Assembly (NCBI GenBank): GCA_965140445.1
Contig: OZ223236.1
Location: 4,544,001 to 4,608,000, forward strand
DNA length: 64,000 bases
Direction: 5' to 3'
DNA from: Candidatus Ozemobacteraceae bacterium
Lineage (GTDB): Bacteria; Muiribacteriota; Ozemobacteria; Ozemobacterales; Ozemobacteraceae
A program made the translations under genes and the position numbers. Shown here in pieces: positions 1 to 9,897 of this stretch; positions within the stretch are counted from its first letter, which is position 1; every line of letters starts with the position of its first letter. The notes under the pieces are model-generated. The model made no database searches. It worked only from the letters and a program-made list of their open reading frames with translations, and was not told the DNA's origin.

Positions 1-923
1 TAGATTTAATTAAATCCTTCGAGGGAAAACCATTTCTAGCCGAAACGACCACTCTCTACACAGGAAGTCGTAGCAACGCTATTGATCACACAGAAACAGC
101 TATCAGACATGGATTTGGTTCTGAAGTTACAGGAGCACCAATCTTCATGTGCGATGGACTTACCGGAAGGCAAGCTCATGAGGTAAAAATTGATGGCAAA
201 CACTACGAAAAGGTCTCAGTAGCAGCCGGCATTCATGAAGCCGATTCACTAGTTGTCATCTCCCATTTTAAAGGTCACGAGCTTACCAGCTTTGGCGGAG
301 CTCTAAAAAATCTTGGAATGGGCTGTTGTTCAAGGTCAGCCAAGCTCCTCATGCATACCACGGTTAGACCGACGGTTCTGAATGCAAAATGTGTGAAGTG
401 CAAAACCTGTTTTGAATGGTGCCCTGCTAATGCAATCAGCCAACCAAAGCCAGATGGACCAATAGTAATTAATCCAAATCTTTGTCGAGGTTGCGGGGAA
501 TGCCTTGTTTCGTGCAGAGTTGGAGCAATCCGTATTAATTGGAGTTCAGAGGCATCTGGCGTCACAGAAAGAATGATTGAACATGCCAAGGGAGTTCTAG
601 AACCAAAAAAAAACTCTGTTTTCTTTATAAATATTCTGCAAAACATTGTACCCCTTTGTGATTGCATGAGCTTTTCAGACGCTCCAATAGTTCCAGATAT
701 CGGTTTTGCAGCCTCAACCGACCCGGTAGCCCTTGATGCCTGCTGCCTGAGCATGGTCAATGAGCAGATAGGTTTATCCAACTCGGCTTTAAAGGATGGT
801 AAACAGCCTGGAGATCCAAAATTTTGCTCCATCCACCCTGAATTACAAACCAACCTTCAGCTTGAATACGCCATGAGCTTAAAAATGGGGTCCAGCGATT
901 ATGAAAGGATTAGCCTTGACTAG
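1..923 (+). CDS. DUF362-family Fe-S protein with ferredoxin domain (5' truncated by window edge)
   Basis: Frame is open from position 3 (…KPFLAETTTLYTGSRSNAIDH…); SHFKGH..GGALKNLGMG motif; two CxxCxxCxxxC 4Fe-4S motifs; ASTDPVALD. Confidence 0.85.
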   Translation, partial: DLIKSFEGKPFLAETTTLYTGSRSNAIDHTETAIRHGFGSEVTGAPIFMCDGLTGRQAHEVKIDGKHYEKVSVAAGIHEADSLVVISHFKGHELTSFGGALKNLGMGCCSRSAKLLMHTTVRPTVLNAKCVKCKTCFEWCPANAISQPKPDGPIVINPNLCRGCGECLVSCRVGAIRINWSSEASGVTERMIEHAKGVLEPKKNSVFFINILQNIVPLCDCMSFSDAPIVPDIGFAASTDPVALDACCLSMVNEQIGLSNSALKDGKQPGDPKFCSIHPELQTNLQLEYAMSLKMGSSDYERISLD

Positions 924-3525
924 CCAAACTAAGCATGAAAAAAGCGAGCCAGCTCTCACTCCTCTCATGCAGCAATACAAAGATATCAAGCAGGAGAACC
1001 CCAACGCTGTTCTTCTCTTCCGATGCGGAGATTTTTACGAGACCTTCTTTGAAGACGCTGTTTTAGTTGCAAAAGAATTACAAATCACTCTTACTGCCAG
1101 AGGGAAAGCCAGTGGGAACCCGGTTCCTCTAGCTGGAGTTCCATATCACGCAATTGATGGTTACATCGCAAAACTGGTTCAAAAAGGTTTTACCGTCGCC
1201 ATCTGCGAACAAGTAGAAGACCCTAAAAAGGCAAAAGGTCTCGTGAAGCGCGAAGTGGTAAGAATAATCACCCCTGGAACGATCATCGACCCTCAAATGC
1301 TTGAAGAGTCTTCCAATAATTATCTGGCCGCTTTCGGAAAAAAAAGCGATAGTTTCTGCCTTGCGAGTGTTGAGTTGAGCACAGGTGATGTTCAAATATG
1401 CGAAGGAGATTTAGCAGAATTTGATTTGCTTCCAGAAGAATTCACCCGCTTGCAACCTCGCGAAATACTTGTATTAAAAGGCAGTCATGAGCACATGGAT
1501 TTTACCCCATGGGAACACATTGGCTCCGAAATTCATGAAAAAAAGATCAGCGACTCAGATTCTATAGATTTTCTTTCAACAATTTATACAAGTGAACATA
1601 AATCCAGATTCTCAGGCTTATCTAACCTGACCAGAAATACGTTGGGCATACTTGCAGACCACCTATTAGATACCCAGAGATGCTCCCTGTCGCATTTAAA
1701 GCTTCCAAAAAGCTATAAGCTCGGCGATGGAATGGTATTAGACGAAGCCACCCTTGGAAATCTGGAACTTATGCCTGGCAACAAAAGTCAGAACATTGGC
1801 GGAACACTTTTCGATGTAGTAAACAGAACCAAAACCAGTATGGGAGCAAGGCTATTAAAAAAATGGCTCCTTAAACCCTTAATACAAAAAGAACCAATCC
1901 TCTACCGGCAAAATCTGGTAAAAACCTTTCATTCTGACGCTCTGCTAATGGCTGAAATTCGTGAAGCTTTAAAAGGATTACCTGATCTGGAAAGAGTTCT
2001 TACCAAAATTGCCATGGGCAGCCGAAATCCACGAGATCTCGTCTCACTGGCGGAGGGACTTTCCAGAATCCCAGATTTAAAACATTCAATTTCGGTAGAA
2101 GGATTGAAAGACCTTTCTGAAAGGCTTTTCCCTCTTCCAGAGCTTGAATCAAAGCTAAACTCCACTTTAAAGGATGATCCTCCAGCAGTGTGGACTGACG
2201 GTAAATTTATTGCCGATGGAATCGATGCGGATTTAGATGAATTACGTGGTTTATTAAGAGATGGAGACAGCTGGTTAAAAAAATTCGAAGAAACCGAAAA
2301 AGAGAAAACTGGAATAAAAAATCTGAGAGTAAAAAAGAATAGTGTTTTCGGCTATTTCATTGAGATATCCAAAAGCTATGCCGATTCTGCTCCAGACCAT
2401 TATGTGAGAAAACAAACTCTCACTAACGGTGAAAGATACATTACAGCTGAGTTAAAAGACTACGAAACCAAGGTTTTTACTGCAAATGAAAAATCTGTGG
2501 CGATAGAGAAACGTATTTTTGACGAACTGGTCGAAATGATCAGAGAAAACATTTCGCCAATTCAGCAGATAGCAGCAGTAATTGCAGAAATTGATGTTCT
2601 GGTATCAATGGGTTATCTTGCGCAGGAAAGAAATTATTGCTGCCCAACAATTGATGAAGAACCAAGAATAGAGATTTCCAATGGCCGGCATCCCGTAGTT
2701 GAAGCTTTTATAGAAAATGGCAGCTTCCACCCGAACAATTTGAATTTGAACCAAGTAGATAGGCAAGCGATAATAACCGGACCAAACATGGCCGGTAAAT
2801 CTACTTATCTCCGGCAAGCTGCTTTAATAGTTTTACTGGCCCAAGTTGGTTCTTTTGTTCCGGCGGATAAAGCAGAAATCGGAATCGTGGACAGAATTTT
2901 TACACGGGTTGGAGCCTCAGATAATCTGATTAGAGGACAATCTACTTTCATGGTAGAAATGATGGAAGCTTCATCAATTTTAAAAAACGCAACAGACAGA
3001 AGTCTTTTAATTCTCGATGAAATAGGACGAGGGACTTCAACTTTTGATGGACTATCCCTTGCATGGTCGATTCTGGAGCATATAAACAAAAAGCTAAATG
3101 CCAGAACCCTTTTTGCGACACATTATCATGAACTTACAGATTTGGATTCTGTTCACAAAGGTCTTTTCAATCTTAATGTCGGAGTTAGCTATAATCCAGA
3201 ATCAGGAAAAATGGTATTTCTTCATGAAATTAAAAAAGGCCCTTCAAATAAGTCTTATGGGATAGAAGTTGCCAGGCTTGCAGGAATTCCGGGAGAAGTT
3301 ATCGACCGGGCGAAAGAAATACTGTTTGAGCTTGAGAAAACAGAGCAGGAGGAACTAGGTCGAGTAACCAGGTCAACTCAGCCAATGGAGCAACCAAAAC
3401 AACTTTCTCTTTTCGTCCCTACAAATGAAGCTCTTGATGCTTTAAGGAAAGTAGATATTTCAAACACCACCCCGATTGAAGCCCTGAACATACTTTACAG
3501 ATTAAAGGAAATGGCAAATGACTGA
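916..3525 (+). CDS. mutS: DNA mismatch repair protein MutS
   Basis: TPLMQQY, GDFYETF, ITGPNMAGKST P-loop, DEIGRGTST, FATHYHEL, C-terminal clamp motif QLSLF; start placed at TTG 916 after AAAGGA (ORF opens at 901). Confidence 0.98.
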   Translation: MTSQTKHEKSEPALTPLMQQYKDIKQENPNAVLLFRCGDFYETFFEDAVLVAKELQITLTARGKASGNPVPLAGVPYHAIDGYIAKLVQKGFTVAICEQVEDPKKAKGLVKREVVRIITPGTIIDPQMLEESSNNYLAAFGKKSDSFCLASVELSTGDVQICEGDLAEFDLLPEEFTRLQPREILVLKGSHEHMDFTPWEHIGSEIHEKKISDSDSIDFLSTIYTSEHKSRFSGLSNLTRNTLGILADHLLDTQRCSLSHLKLPKSYKLGDGMVLDEATLGNLELMPGNKSQNIGGTLFDVVNRTKTSMGARLLKKWLLKPLIQKEPILYRQNLVKTFHSDALLMAEIREALKGLPDLERVLTKIAMGSRNPRDLVSLAEGLSRIPDLKHSISVEGLKDLSERLFPLPELESKLNSTLKDDPPAVWTDGKFIADGIDADLDELRGLLRDGDSWLKKFEETEKEKTGIKNLRVKKNSVFGYFIEISKSYADSAPDHYVRKQTLTNGERYITAELKDYETKVFTANEKSVAIEKRIFDELVEMIRENISPIQQIAAVIAEIDVLVSMGYLAQERNYCCPTIDEEPRIEISNGRHPVVEAFIENGSFHPNNLNLNQVDRQAIITGPNMAGKSTYLRQAALIVLLAQVGSFVPADKAEIGIVDRIFTRVGASDNLIRGQSTFMVEMMEASSILKNATDRSLLILDEIGRGTSTFDGLSLAWSILEHINKKLNARTLFATHYHELTDLDSVHKGLFNLNVGVSYNPESGKMVFLHEIKKGPSNKSYGIEVARLAGIPGEVIDRAKEILFELEKTEQEELGRVTRSTQPMEQPKQLSLFVPTNEALDALRKVDISNTTPIEALNILYRLKEMAND

Positions 3526-5551
3526 TGATTTTTGGGGACCAATTTACGAGAAGCTAATTGATAACCAAGATTTGCTTCCTCTGGTATGTGAAGACACTTC
3601 TGAAAATGATCTATTTTCGTGGATTTCACCAAATCCCCTTCTTTATAAAGCATGTAAGCCCTTTATTAAAGGGAAAAAGCTAAAATCAAAATCGAGCTGC
3701 ATCCAAAGGGTCATCGACTTTGCAAAAAGAGAAAGAGCTCTTCGAAAAATTATCCTTTTCAACTGGATAGATAAAAACCAAACAACTCTTAAATTTGCAA
3801 CCCACCCCATTGATTCCAAGGCAATTGAAAGACTAGCCTCTGGTGACTTTGGTGGTATTTTAAAAATAAAAATTCTTTCTTTTTTCGACCCAAGACCAGC
3901 ATCAAAAAAACTTTATGATGATTTTTTGATGCAAGAGGAGAATCTGGACTCTAACCCGCAATTATTTCCTGAGTCTTCACATCTACCTCCCCCGCTGCCT
4001 CAGGAAGCCTTAAAACAAGACAACACAAAAGTATTGTCTGATCGCATTAAGGAACTTCAGGAAAACCTGAAAGAACAGATTGTTTTAAGAAAAAATTCAG
4101 AAAAAGAAAATGAAAACCTGATAAAAGAAGTAGAAATTCTGAATAAAAATCTCCGAGAAACTCAGTCTGCATTAAAAGCTTCAGAAGATCTTTTCCAGAA
4201 TCAGAAAAGAAAATTTGATTCACTTTCAGCTCAGTTGGAACATAGAACAAAAGAGGTTTCGGATCTTCAATTTCAACTTTTAGCAAAAAAAGATTCGACC
4301 ATGGAAAAATCTGATTTTCAAAACCAATTGGATTCTCTAAACAGAGAGATTTCTGCTCAGAAGAAAGCAATTGAAATACGCGATTCAAAATTGAAAAGGC
4401 TAGAATTGGAGCTTAATCAGGAAAAGCAATTTCAACAAGAATCCGATAAAGAAAGTGGACTGGTTGAAAGACTAAAGAACCGCATCTCAAATCTGGAAGA
4501 GCTCAACCAGAATAAGGCTCAAAAAATCTCTGGGCAAATTCAGTTGAGAATTACACAAAAAGACGGTTCAAAACCCTGGCTATTTACATCTTTTTCTGGA
4601 AAGCCCTATTTCATTCCCGATAAATTGGTAAAATCAGCAAAGGTTTCAGAGCAAGAGTTCTGTACTATTCACATAAATGAAAATAACATTTTCCCAAATC
4701 TTATTGTTTCCCTGGAAGACAAAAAAGATTTTAAAACAGGCTACTTAAGCTATGATAATGGTAATAAAAATCGTCCACTATTGGTAACCGAAGAGAATTC
4801 TTATCCCATTTTTTCATCTGTTTCAGACAAAAAAGAAGGTGATGTTTTAAAAGGCACAATACTACCGGATTTTATGGAGCGACCGTTTGGAGTTTACTCT
4901 ACTGAATCAATAGAAATCCTTGATAACAAAACTTTGCCTCGTTTTCAGGTCAGCCTGAAAGAAATTAAAAATTATTTTGGCCTATACAAATTTGACAAAC
5001 AATCTTTTGAAAAAGCTTTATTTGACATAGGAGTTGATTTTAGCTTTAACAACGATGTTTATAATTTCCAAAAAGATTTTAAAATAGTTCTACCCGCTCT
5101 TCGTTCTTCGCTTAGTATTTTAAAAGTCTGTAAATCAGAATCCTGTCAGGCTGCTGCTCCAGAAAGCACCTGCCTCGCTCTGCCTAACAAGCGTGAATTA
5201 TGCATTGTCTGCAACTCTTTGGTCACTGAAAGCGAACCCCAAAACCTGAATTTTAATCATAAATCAGTATTGATCTTCGGAGGAGACCGAGTCGGAACTC
5301 AATACAAAACTTTTCTAGAACAATTTAACCTGAATATTAAATGGAAAAGTGGGTTTTCAAATCTAGGTGCTGAAAAATCTGGCCTGGGAAAACCAGACGT
5401 GATTTTAATAGTTATAAAACAAATTTCCCACACCCTGCTTCGCGAAATTGTACCATTAGCAAACGACCACAACATTCCAGTTATTTTTTCTCCAAAACGC
5501 GGTCTAAGCGGCGTTTTAAACACTTTAAAAGATTACTTTTTAACAAAATAA
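3518..5551 (+). CDS. Coiled-coil protein with C-terminal DUF2325-like domain
   Basis: Long heptad-rich region; Cys cluster CKSESC…C…CIVC; C-terminal VLIFGG…DVILIVIKQISH…IPVIF…G pattern; overlaps mutS stop by 8 nt. Confidence 0.65.
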   Translation: MTDDFWGPIYEKLIDNQDLLPLVCEDTSENDLFSWISPNPLLYKACKPFIKGKKLKSKSSCIQRVIDFAKRERALRKIILFNWIDKNQTTLKFATHPIDSKAIERLASGDFGGILKIKILSFFDPRPASKKLYDDFLMQEENLDSNPQLFPESSHLPPPLPQEALKQDNTKVLSDRIKELQENLKEQIVLRKNSEKENENLIKEVEILNKNLRETQSALKASEDLFQNQKRKFDSLSAQLEHRTKEVSDLQFQLLAKKDSTMEKSDFQNQLDSLNREISAQKKAIEIRDSKLKRLELELNQEKQFQQESDKESGLVERLKNRISNLEELNQNKAQKISGQIQLRITQKDGSKPWLFTSFSGKPYFIPDKLVKSAKVSEQEFCTIHINENNIFPNLIVSLEDKKDFKTGYLSYDNGNKNRPLLVTEENSYPIFSSVSDKKEGDVLKGTILPDFMERPFGVYSTESIEILDNKTLPRFQVSLKEIKNYFGLYKFDKQSFEKALFDIGVDFSFNNDVYNFQKDFKIVLPALRSSLSILKVCKSESCQAAAPESTCLALPNKRELCIVCNSLVTESEPQNLNFNHKSVLIFGGDRVGTQYKTFLEQFNLNIKWKSGFSNLGAEKSGLGKPDVILIVIKQISHTLLREIVPLANDHNIPVIFSPKRGLSGVLNTLKDYFLTK

Positions 5552-5572
5552 CTTTTAATATTAAATATTTTT

Positions 5573-5581
5573 TGTTATACT
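5573..5581 (+). promoter_or_regulatory. Extended -10 promoter (TGtTATACT) for the sigma factor gene
   Basis: tgttatact just after the upstream stop; implies a ~240-nt leader. Confidence 0.5.
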
Positions 5582-5827
5582 AAATCTAGAGAAAGAAAAA
5601 AAGCACGTTACTTATTTTCTATCATCGTTGGTTAGGGCATTACCCGAGATAAAGTATCGTTAGATTCTCCAGCTAAAATCGGAGCTAAAACATTTTTCCA
5701 AATTTTCCATTAAACAAATGGGAACTTGTTCCGATTAACCATTCAAGTTGCCGTACAACGTGCGGTTCAGGACGAACCTTCCTTTGTACCAAGTATAAAG
5801 CCGCGACTGAAGAAACGGAGATTCAAT

Positions 5828-6694
5828 ATGGCAAGTGTTTATAACAATAATAATAATCAAGAGAATGATAATACCCTACTGAAGGACTACTTCAGAGATC
5901 TTAAACGATTCCCTCCCCTCGGAAAAGAAGAGGAAATCAAACTGCTAATTCAAGTCAAGGCCGGGAATACCAGGGCAAAAGCCAGGCTAATCCTTTCTAA
6001 CCTTAGATTTGTAGTTGCTGTTGCCAAGCGTTACAAAAATATTAATGATATTCCATTTGAGGACCTTATCGCCGTCGGAAACCTGGGATTAATGCGTGCA
6101 GCGCAAAGGTTTGATACCGACAAAAATGTGAGATTCATTTCATATGCAGTGTGGTGGATTAGACAAGCCATGATACAAGTTGTATCAAGTCATGGTAATC
6201 CCATTAGACTTCCACTTAATAGAGTTCATACCGGATTAAAGATCAGGAAGCTTGAAGAGACTTTGCAAAAAAGGCTTAATCGCAAGCCAAGTATTGAAGA
6301 GCTTGCTGAAGCAGCTGTCATGCGTCCAAAGGATCTGCGAAAATTCTTAAGAGATATTCCTACCGTTGTATCTATGGATACTACTCCAGTTGATCCAGAA
6401 GAAGATCTGTTCTTGAGGGACGTTATCACTGACAACGAAGCTGATCCTCTTGTGGAAGCCGAAAAGCGCTCGCTTGAAGAAGAGCTAAATCAAGTTCTTT
6501 CATATCTATCAGATAGAGAAAGAATTGTTTTGATGCATAGGTTTGGCTTGCATGAAACCAAATCGCATACTTTGGAAGAGATTGGGAAGTTACTTGGCGT
6601 TACCCGCGAGAGAGTTCGTCAGATTGAATCTCAGGCTCTTCAAAAGCTTAGAAACCCAAGAAGATGTGAAAGACTTCAAGGCTATCTATCCTAA
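5828..6694 (+). CDS. RNA polymerase sigma-70 factor, RpoD/RpoS-like, lacking region 1.1
   Basis: SNLRFVVAVAKRY, DLIAVGNLGL, FISYAVWWIRQA, IRLP, TLEEIG…TRERVRQIE; ATG 5828 follows CGGAG SD (in-frame TTG at 5726 is the alternative). Confidence 0.93.
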   Translation: MASVYNNNNNQENDNTLLKDYFRDLKRFPPLGKEEEIKLLIQVKAGNTRAKARLILSNLRFVVAVAKRYKNINDIPFEDLIAVGNLGLMRAAQRFDTDKNVRFISYAVWWIRQAMIQVVSSHGNPIRLPLNRVHTGLKIRKLEETLQKRLNRKPSIEELAEAAVMRPKDLRKFLRDIPTVVSMDTTPVDPEEDLFLRDVITDNEADPLVEAEKRSLEEELNQVLSYLSDRERIVLMHRFGLHETKSHTLEEIGKLLGVTRERVRQIESQALQKLRNPRRCERLQGYLS

Positions 6695-6705
6695 AATAAT
6701 AGAAT

Positions 6706-6746
6706 AAAAAAGCTCCGCAGAAACAAAATTTCTGCGGAGCTTTTTT
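6706..6746. terminator. Bidirectional intrinsic terminator
   Basis: aaaaaagctccgcagaaa-caaaa-tttctgcggagctttttt between convergent genes. Confidence 0.9.
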
Positions 6747-6773
6747 ATATTATCGAGAAAGAACTAGGAGGTT

Positions 6774-9398
6774 TTAATGTTTTTCAATCAGCATCAAGTA
6801 GTGATTAAAGTTCTCTTTTGCTGCTCTTTTTACATCCTCAATAGTAACAGACTGATAAATACTCAACAGCTCATTTAAAAAGTCCTGGGATAACCCATAA
6901 CCCAAATACGAAACCATTAACCCAGCCTGCGCATCAGACCCTTCTAAATATCTATTGAAAAGCGATTTTGTCCATTTTCCAGACGCAACAATATCAGACT
7001 TTGAAACTTTCATTTCTGGAATATCTTTAACTACTTTTTTTATAATCTCTACAGATTTATCAAGCTTATCTGTTGGAACTACAACATAAAACGAAAATAT
7101 TGAAAAGTTTCTGGTCGTCCTGTACATGCCGCCGACCTGGGCTTCAATACCATTCTTTTTAAGTTCTGAAGACAAAATTGAGTTTCGACTATAAAAAAGA
7201 ATATGTCCTAATACTGAATTAGCGCCATAGCTTTGCCTCAATTCATCTCTGTTCTTAACATCAATAAATTTTTTCATCCGGTAAGCAACCAGGACAACTG
7301 ATTTATCAGAATTTTCCTGCAATTTTATTTCATCAATGATTGTCTTTTCAAGAGGACGGTTAACCCAATCAGGGCAAGCAGTTAAAGTTGAAAGGCTTCC
7401 ATCGCCCTTTGAATAATCTGCAAATTCATCCATCACAACTTTTGCAATCTGCTTAACAGAAAAGTTTCCCACTACGGCAAGCTGAACATTAGGAGCAACA
7501 GCCCATTTGCTGAAAAACTCATGTATATCCTTGAATTGTAGCTTTTCCATAGCTTTTTCATCAATTGGATCATAAAGCTTGGAAAAGTTCAAACCAGGAA
7601 ATAGTCTTTTGCTAACCTCAGCATAGATTTTTTTTGTTGGATCGGTAGAATTTTCCTCCATTTTCTTTAGCAATTTGGATTTTGCCATTTTGAAAAATCT
7701 TGGAGCCATATCCTTATCTGGATCAGAAAGGATTTTTCTAACCAATTTGATTAGCTTTGGTAAATTCTTTTTCTGGGTTTTGCCTTTAATGATAACTTCT
7801 TCTTCAGCAATCGAAGCTTCCAGTTTTGCACCAATTTCATCAAGTCTCCTGGAAAGCCTGGTATTCTCTTTATCATTAATGAAGATCTCGATCATTTCGC
7901 CTACTAATCTCATTAAAAGCAATTTCTTGGCATCGGTTTCACAAGTATTAATTCCGATTCGCAATGCAACCCCGGCAATTTCACTTCCAGGATAGTTTCG
8001 CACAATTACTTTTAATCCATTGCTCAACTCCTGATAAGCCACTGTCTGTTCTTCAGCTTTTTGGAACTCTAGTGGATAAGCGATTCTAACAGAATATTTC
8101 TTACCGCTGAACATCTTCTCAGCGACCCTCTTCAAATCATCAGAAGAAACCCTCTGAAAGGAAGAATTGATTCCATCAAAAATTCTATAACTGCTTTGTA
8201 ATTCAGAAAGACCTAGTTCATAGGCTCTATTGAGCCTGAATTCCCTTGCCTCTAATCCTTCTAATTGCTTGATTTCGGTAAGATTTCTCAATTCTTTATG
8301 TCTTGGTGGGTTTATATAAAGATTGTTTAGTGACGCCAAAAGAGTTGTTATTGCACGATCGACGTCGGGTTCTTTGCTTGAAAATCTGAATAGGAAAATC
8401 CCTTTTTTGCTTGCCGGAATATATAAAGCTGATAGATCTTCGAGTTCTGGAAAATCCTTACTAAAAGAAGTCTTTAGCCATGATTCATTGATATCAGAAA
8501 TAGCAGTATGCCAAAGCATAGCCGCTGGCATGTCCGGATCAGTAATTGATGGAGCTTCAAATCCCACTACAACCTGGGTCTTTTTAATATCCAGAAATTC
8601 TGATTGAATATTACTAAGCGCTTCTAAAGTTTTTTCTTTCTGATTTTCTTTAATTTCATTTTTTACTTGAGTCGCAACATATTTTCCAAGCAACTTCATT
8701 GAATTTTTAAATATTTCCGAACTATCTACATCGCCAACAATTACTAATACAGCATTATTGGGAACGATTTTTTCATGATAAAATTCCTGATAATCTTCAA
8801 ATGAAAGACCAGCTAGTTTATCCTCGCTAGTTATCTGCGACATTCCAGTTCTTAATTGAGGAAACAAGTCATTCCAAACTTGTTTATCAAGATATCCAGT
8901 TGCTAAAGGATAGCGCTTTACCATTCTTAAACGGCTACTGGCATTCTCCTTTGCCTGTCCAAATAGTTCTTTTGACGGCTTCAGCTCAAATGCGACCTTG
9001 CCAATTGAGTTAATCATTTGCTCCAGACTCTCAATGTTTCCCTGGCAACCAACACTAATACTTTGCTGGCTGTGACCAAACTCCATCAAAATTCCTTCTT
9101 GTTCAAGGCGAGCATTTAGATCAAATCTAGTTTCATCATTGAGATCTGAGGTTTTCATCATGTAATTTACAAGATTCTCAACCCCGGATGAATCAAACTT
9201 TTTTGAAAAATGACCAGGTTTAAACATCAAAGCGAGGCCCACTGTTGGGATACTTTTATCCTCAACAACAATAATCCTCATTCCATTAGGCAAAATGGCC
9301 TTTGCAGGAGGTGATTTAATGAGTGCAAATAAATTTGCACATACAGAAAGCATCACTATTACTACTAGAAATTTAATTTGAGAACGGTATTTTTTCAT
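6774..9398 (-). CDS. Exported M16 (insulinase/pitrilysin-like) peptidase homologue lacking HxxEH
   Basis: Signal peptide; LPNGMRIIV and LSNGLKVIV duplicated halves, PNNAVLVIVGD, VTIEDVKRAA; start ATG 9398 after GGAGG. Confidence 0.8.
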   Translation of the reverse strand: MKKYRSQIKFLVVIVMLSVCANLFALIKSPPAKAILPNGMRIIVVEDKSIPTVGLALMFKPGHFSKKFDSSGVENLVNYMMKTSDLNDETRFDLNARLEQEGILMEFGHSQQSISVGCQGNIESLEQMINSIGKVAFELKPSKELFGQAKENASSRLRMVKRYPLATGYLDKQVWNDLFPQLRTGMSQITSEDKLAGLSFEDYQEFYHEKIVPNNAVLVIVGDVDSSEIFKNSMKLLGKYVATQVKNEIKENQKEKTLEALSNIQSEFLDIKKTQVVVGFEAPSITDPDMPAAMLWHTAISDINESWLKTSFSKDFPELEDLSALYIPASKKGIFLFRFSSKEPDVDRAITTLLASLNNLYINPPRHKELRNLTEIKQLEGLEAREFRLNRAYELGLSELQSSYRIFDGINSSFQRVSSDDLKRVAEKMFSGKKYSVRIAYPLEFQKAEEQTVAYQELSNGLKVIVRNYPGSEIAGVALRIGINTCETDAKKLLLMRLVGEMIEIFINDKENTRLSRRLDEIGAKLEASIAEEEVIIKGKTQKKNLPKLIKLVRKILSDPDKDMAPRFFKMAKSKLLKKMEENSTDPTKKIYAEVSKRLFPGLNFSKLYDPIDEKAMEKLQFKDIHEFFSKWAVAPNVQLAVVGNFSVKQIAKVVMDEFADYSKGDGSLSTLTACPDWVNRPLEKTIIDEIKLQENSDKSVVLVAYRMKKFIDVKNRDELRQSYGANSVLGHILFYSRNSILSSELKKNGIEAQVGGMYRTTRNFSIFSFYVVVPTDKLDKSVEIIKKVVKDIPEMKVSKSDIVASGKWTKSLFNRYLEGSDAQAGLMVSYLGYGLSQDFLNELLSIYQSVTIEDVKRAAKENFNHYLMLIEKH

Positions 9399-9432
9399 GG
9401 CCTCCTCCAAACTGTTGGTCATGCCCATTAGA

Positions 9433-9798
9433 CTATTTTCTTACAATAACTCTTCCCGTAGATTTATCTCGAACTATGAACTTATATCGCGTGATTACAA
9501 CCATCTTGTAATTTTCTTCACCATATATTTCTTTTCTATAACCAATTTCATCAGCATATTTTTTTCTTGTAGCGAGAAGGTATTCTTTTATGCCGCTGGT
9601 CGGATCCCGTTTTATAGCCTGCATCTGTCTTTCAGTTAATTCCTGAACATCAACGAATTCTTCCTGTTTATCAGTGACGATGGTTAATTCGAGAATATAA
9701 TCCTTGCTCCAGGCAAAAACGCTGGAAAAAAAAGACGAACAAATCGCCAATAAAAAAACAAGAATCAGCAGATTTAGTTTGCTACCAGTGTTAAACAT
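9433..9798 (-). CDS. Hypothetical exported protein
   Basis: Signal peptide ending VFA; co-oriented just upstream of the M16 homologue. Confidence 0.7.
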   Translation of the reverse strand: MFNTGSKLNLLILVFLLAICSSFFSSVFAWSKDYILELTIVTDKQEEFVDVQELTERQMQAIKRDPTSGIKEYLLATRKKYADEIGYRKEIYGEENYKMVVITRYKFIVRDKSTGRVIVRK

Positions 9799-9804
9799 AC
9801 AATC

Positions 9805-9833
9805 ACTTTAAGCTAATTTTTTTTACAATTCAA
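9805..9833 (-). promoter_or_regulatory. Sigma70 promoter TTGAAT-N17-TAAAGT, 6 nt before the ATG
   Basis: Read directly on the minus strand; no SD before ATG 9798. Confidence 0.5.
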
Positions 9834-9850
9834 TTTTTTCTTTTTTGGAC

Positions 9851-9881
9851 AAAAAAAAGAGGGCCAACCGGCCCTCTTCTT
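9851..9881 (-). terminator. Intrinsic terminator
   Basis: gagggcc-ggtt-ggccctc followed by T8 on the minus strand, downstream of the 1060-aa gene. Confidence 0.85.
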
Positions 9882-9897
9882 AGAAAGTTCCTATAAG

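Noticed and set aside
275..853. 192-aa antisense ORF and the many other shadow ORFs in the track
   Set aside because: They lie opposite or within well-supported genes, with no motifs or SD
5582..5827. tRNA, tmRNA, SRP, RNase P, 6S or known riboswitch in the sigma leader
   Set aside because: No diagnostic motifs recognised by eye; kept only as an unassigned structured leader
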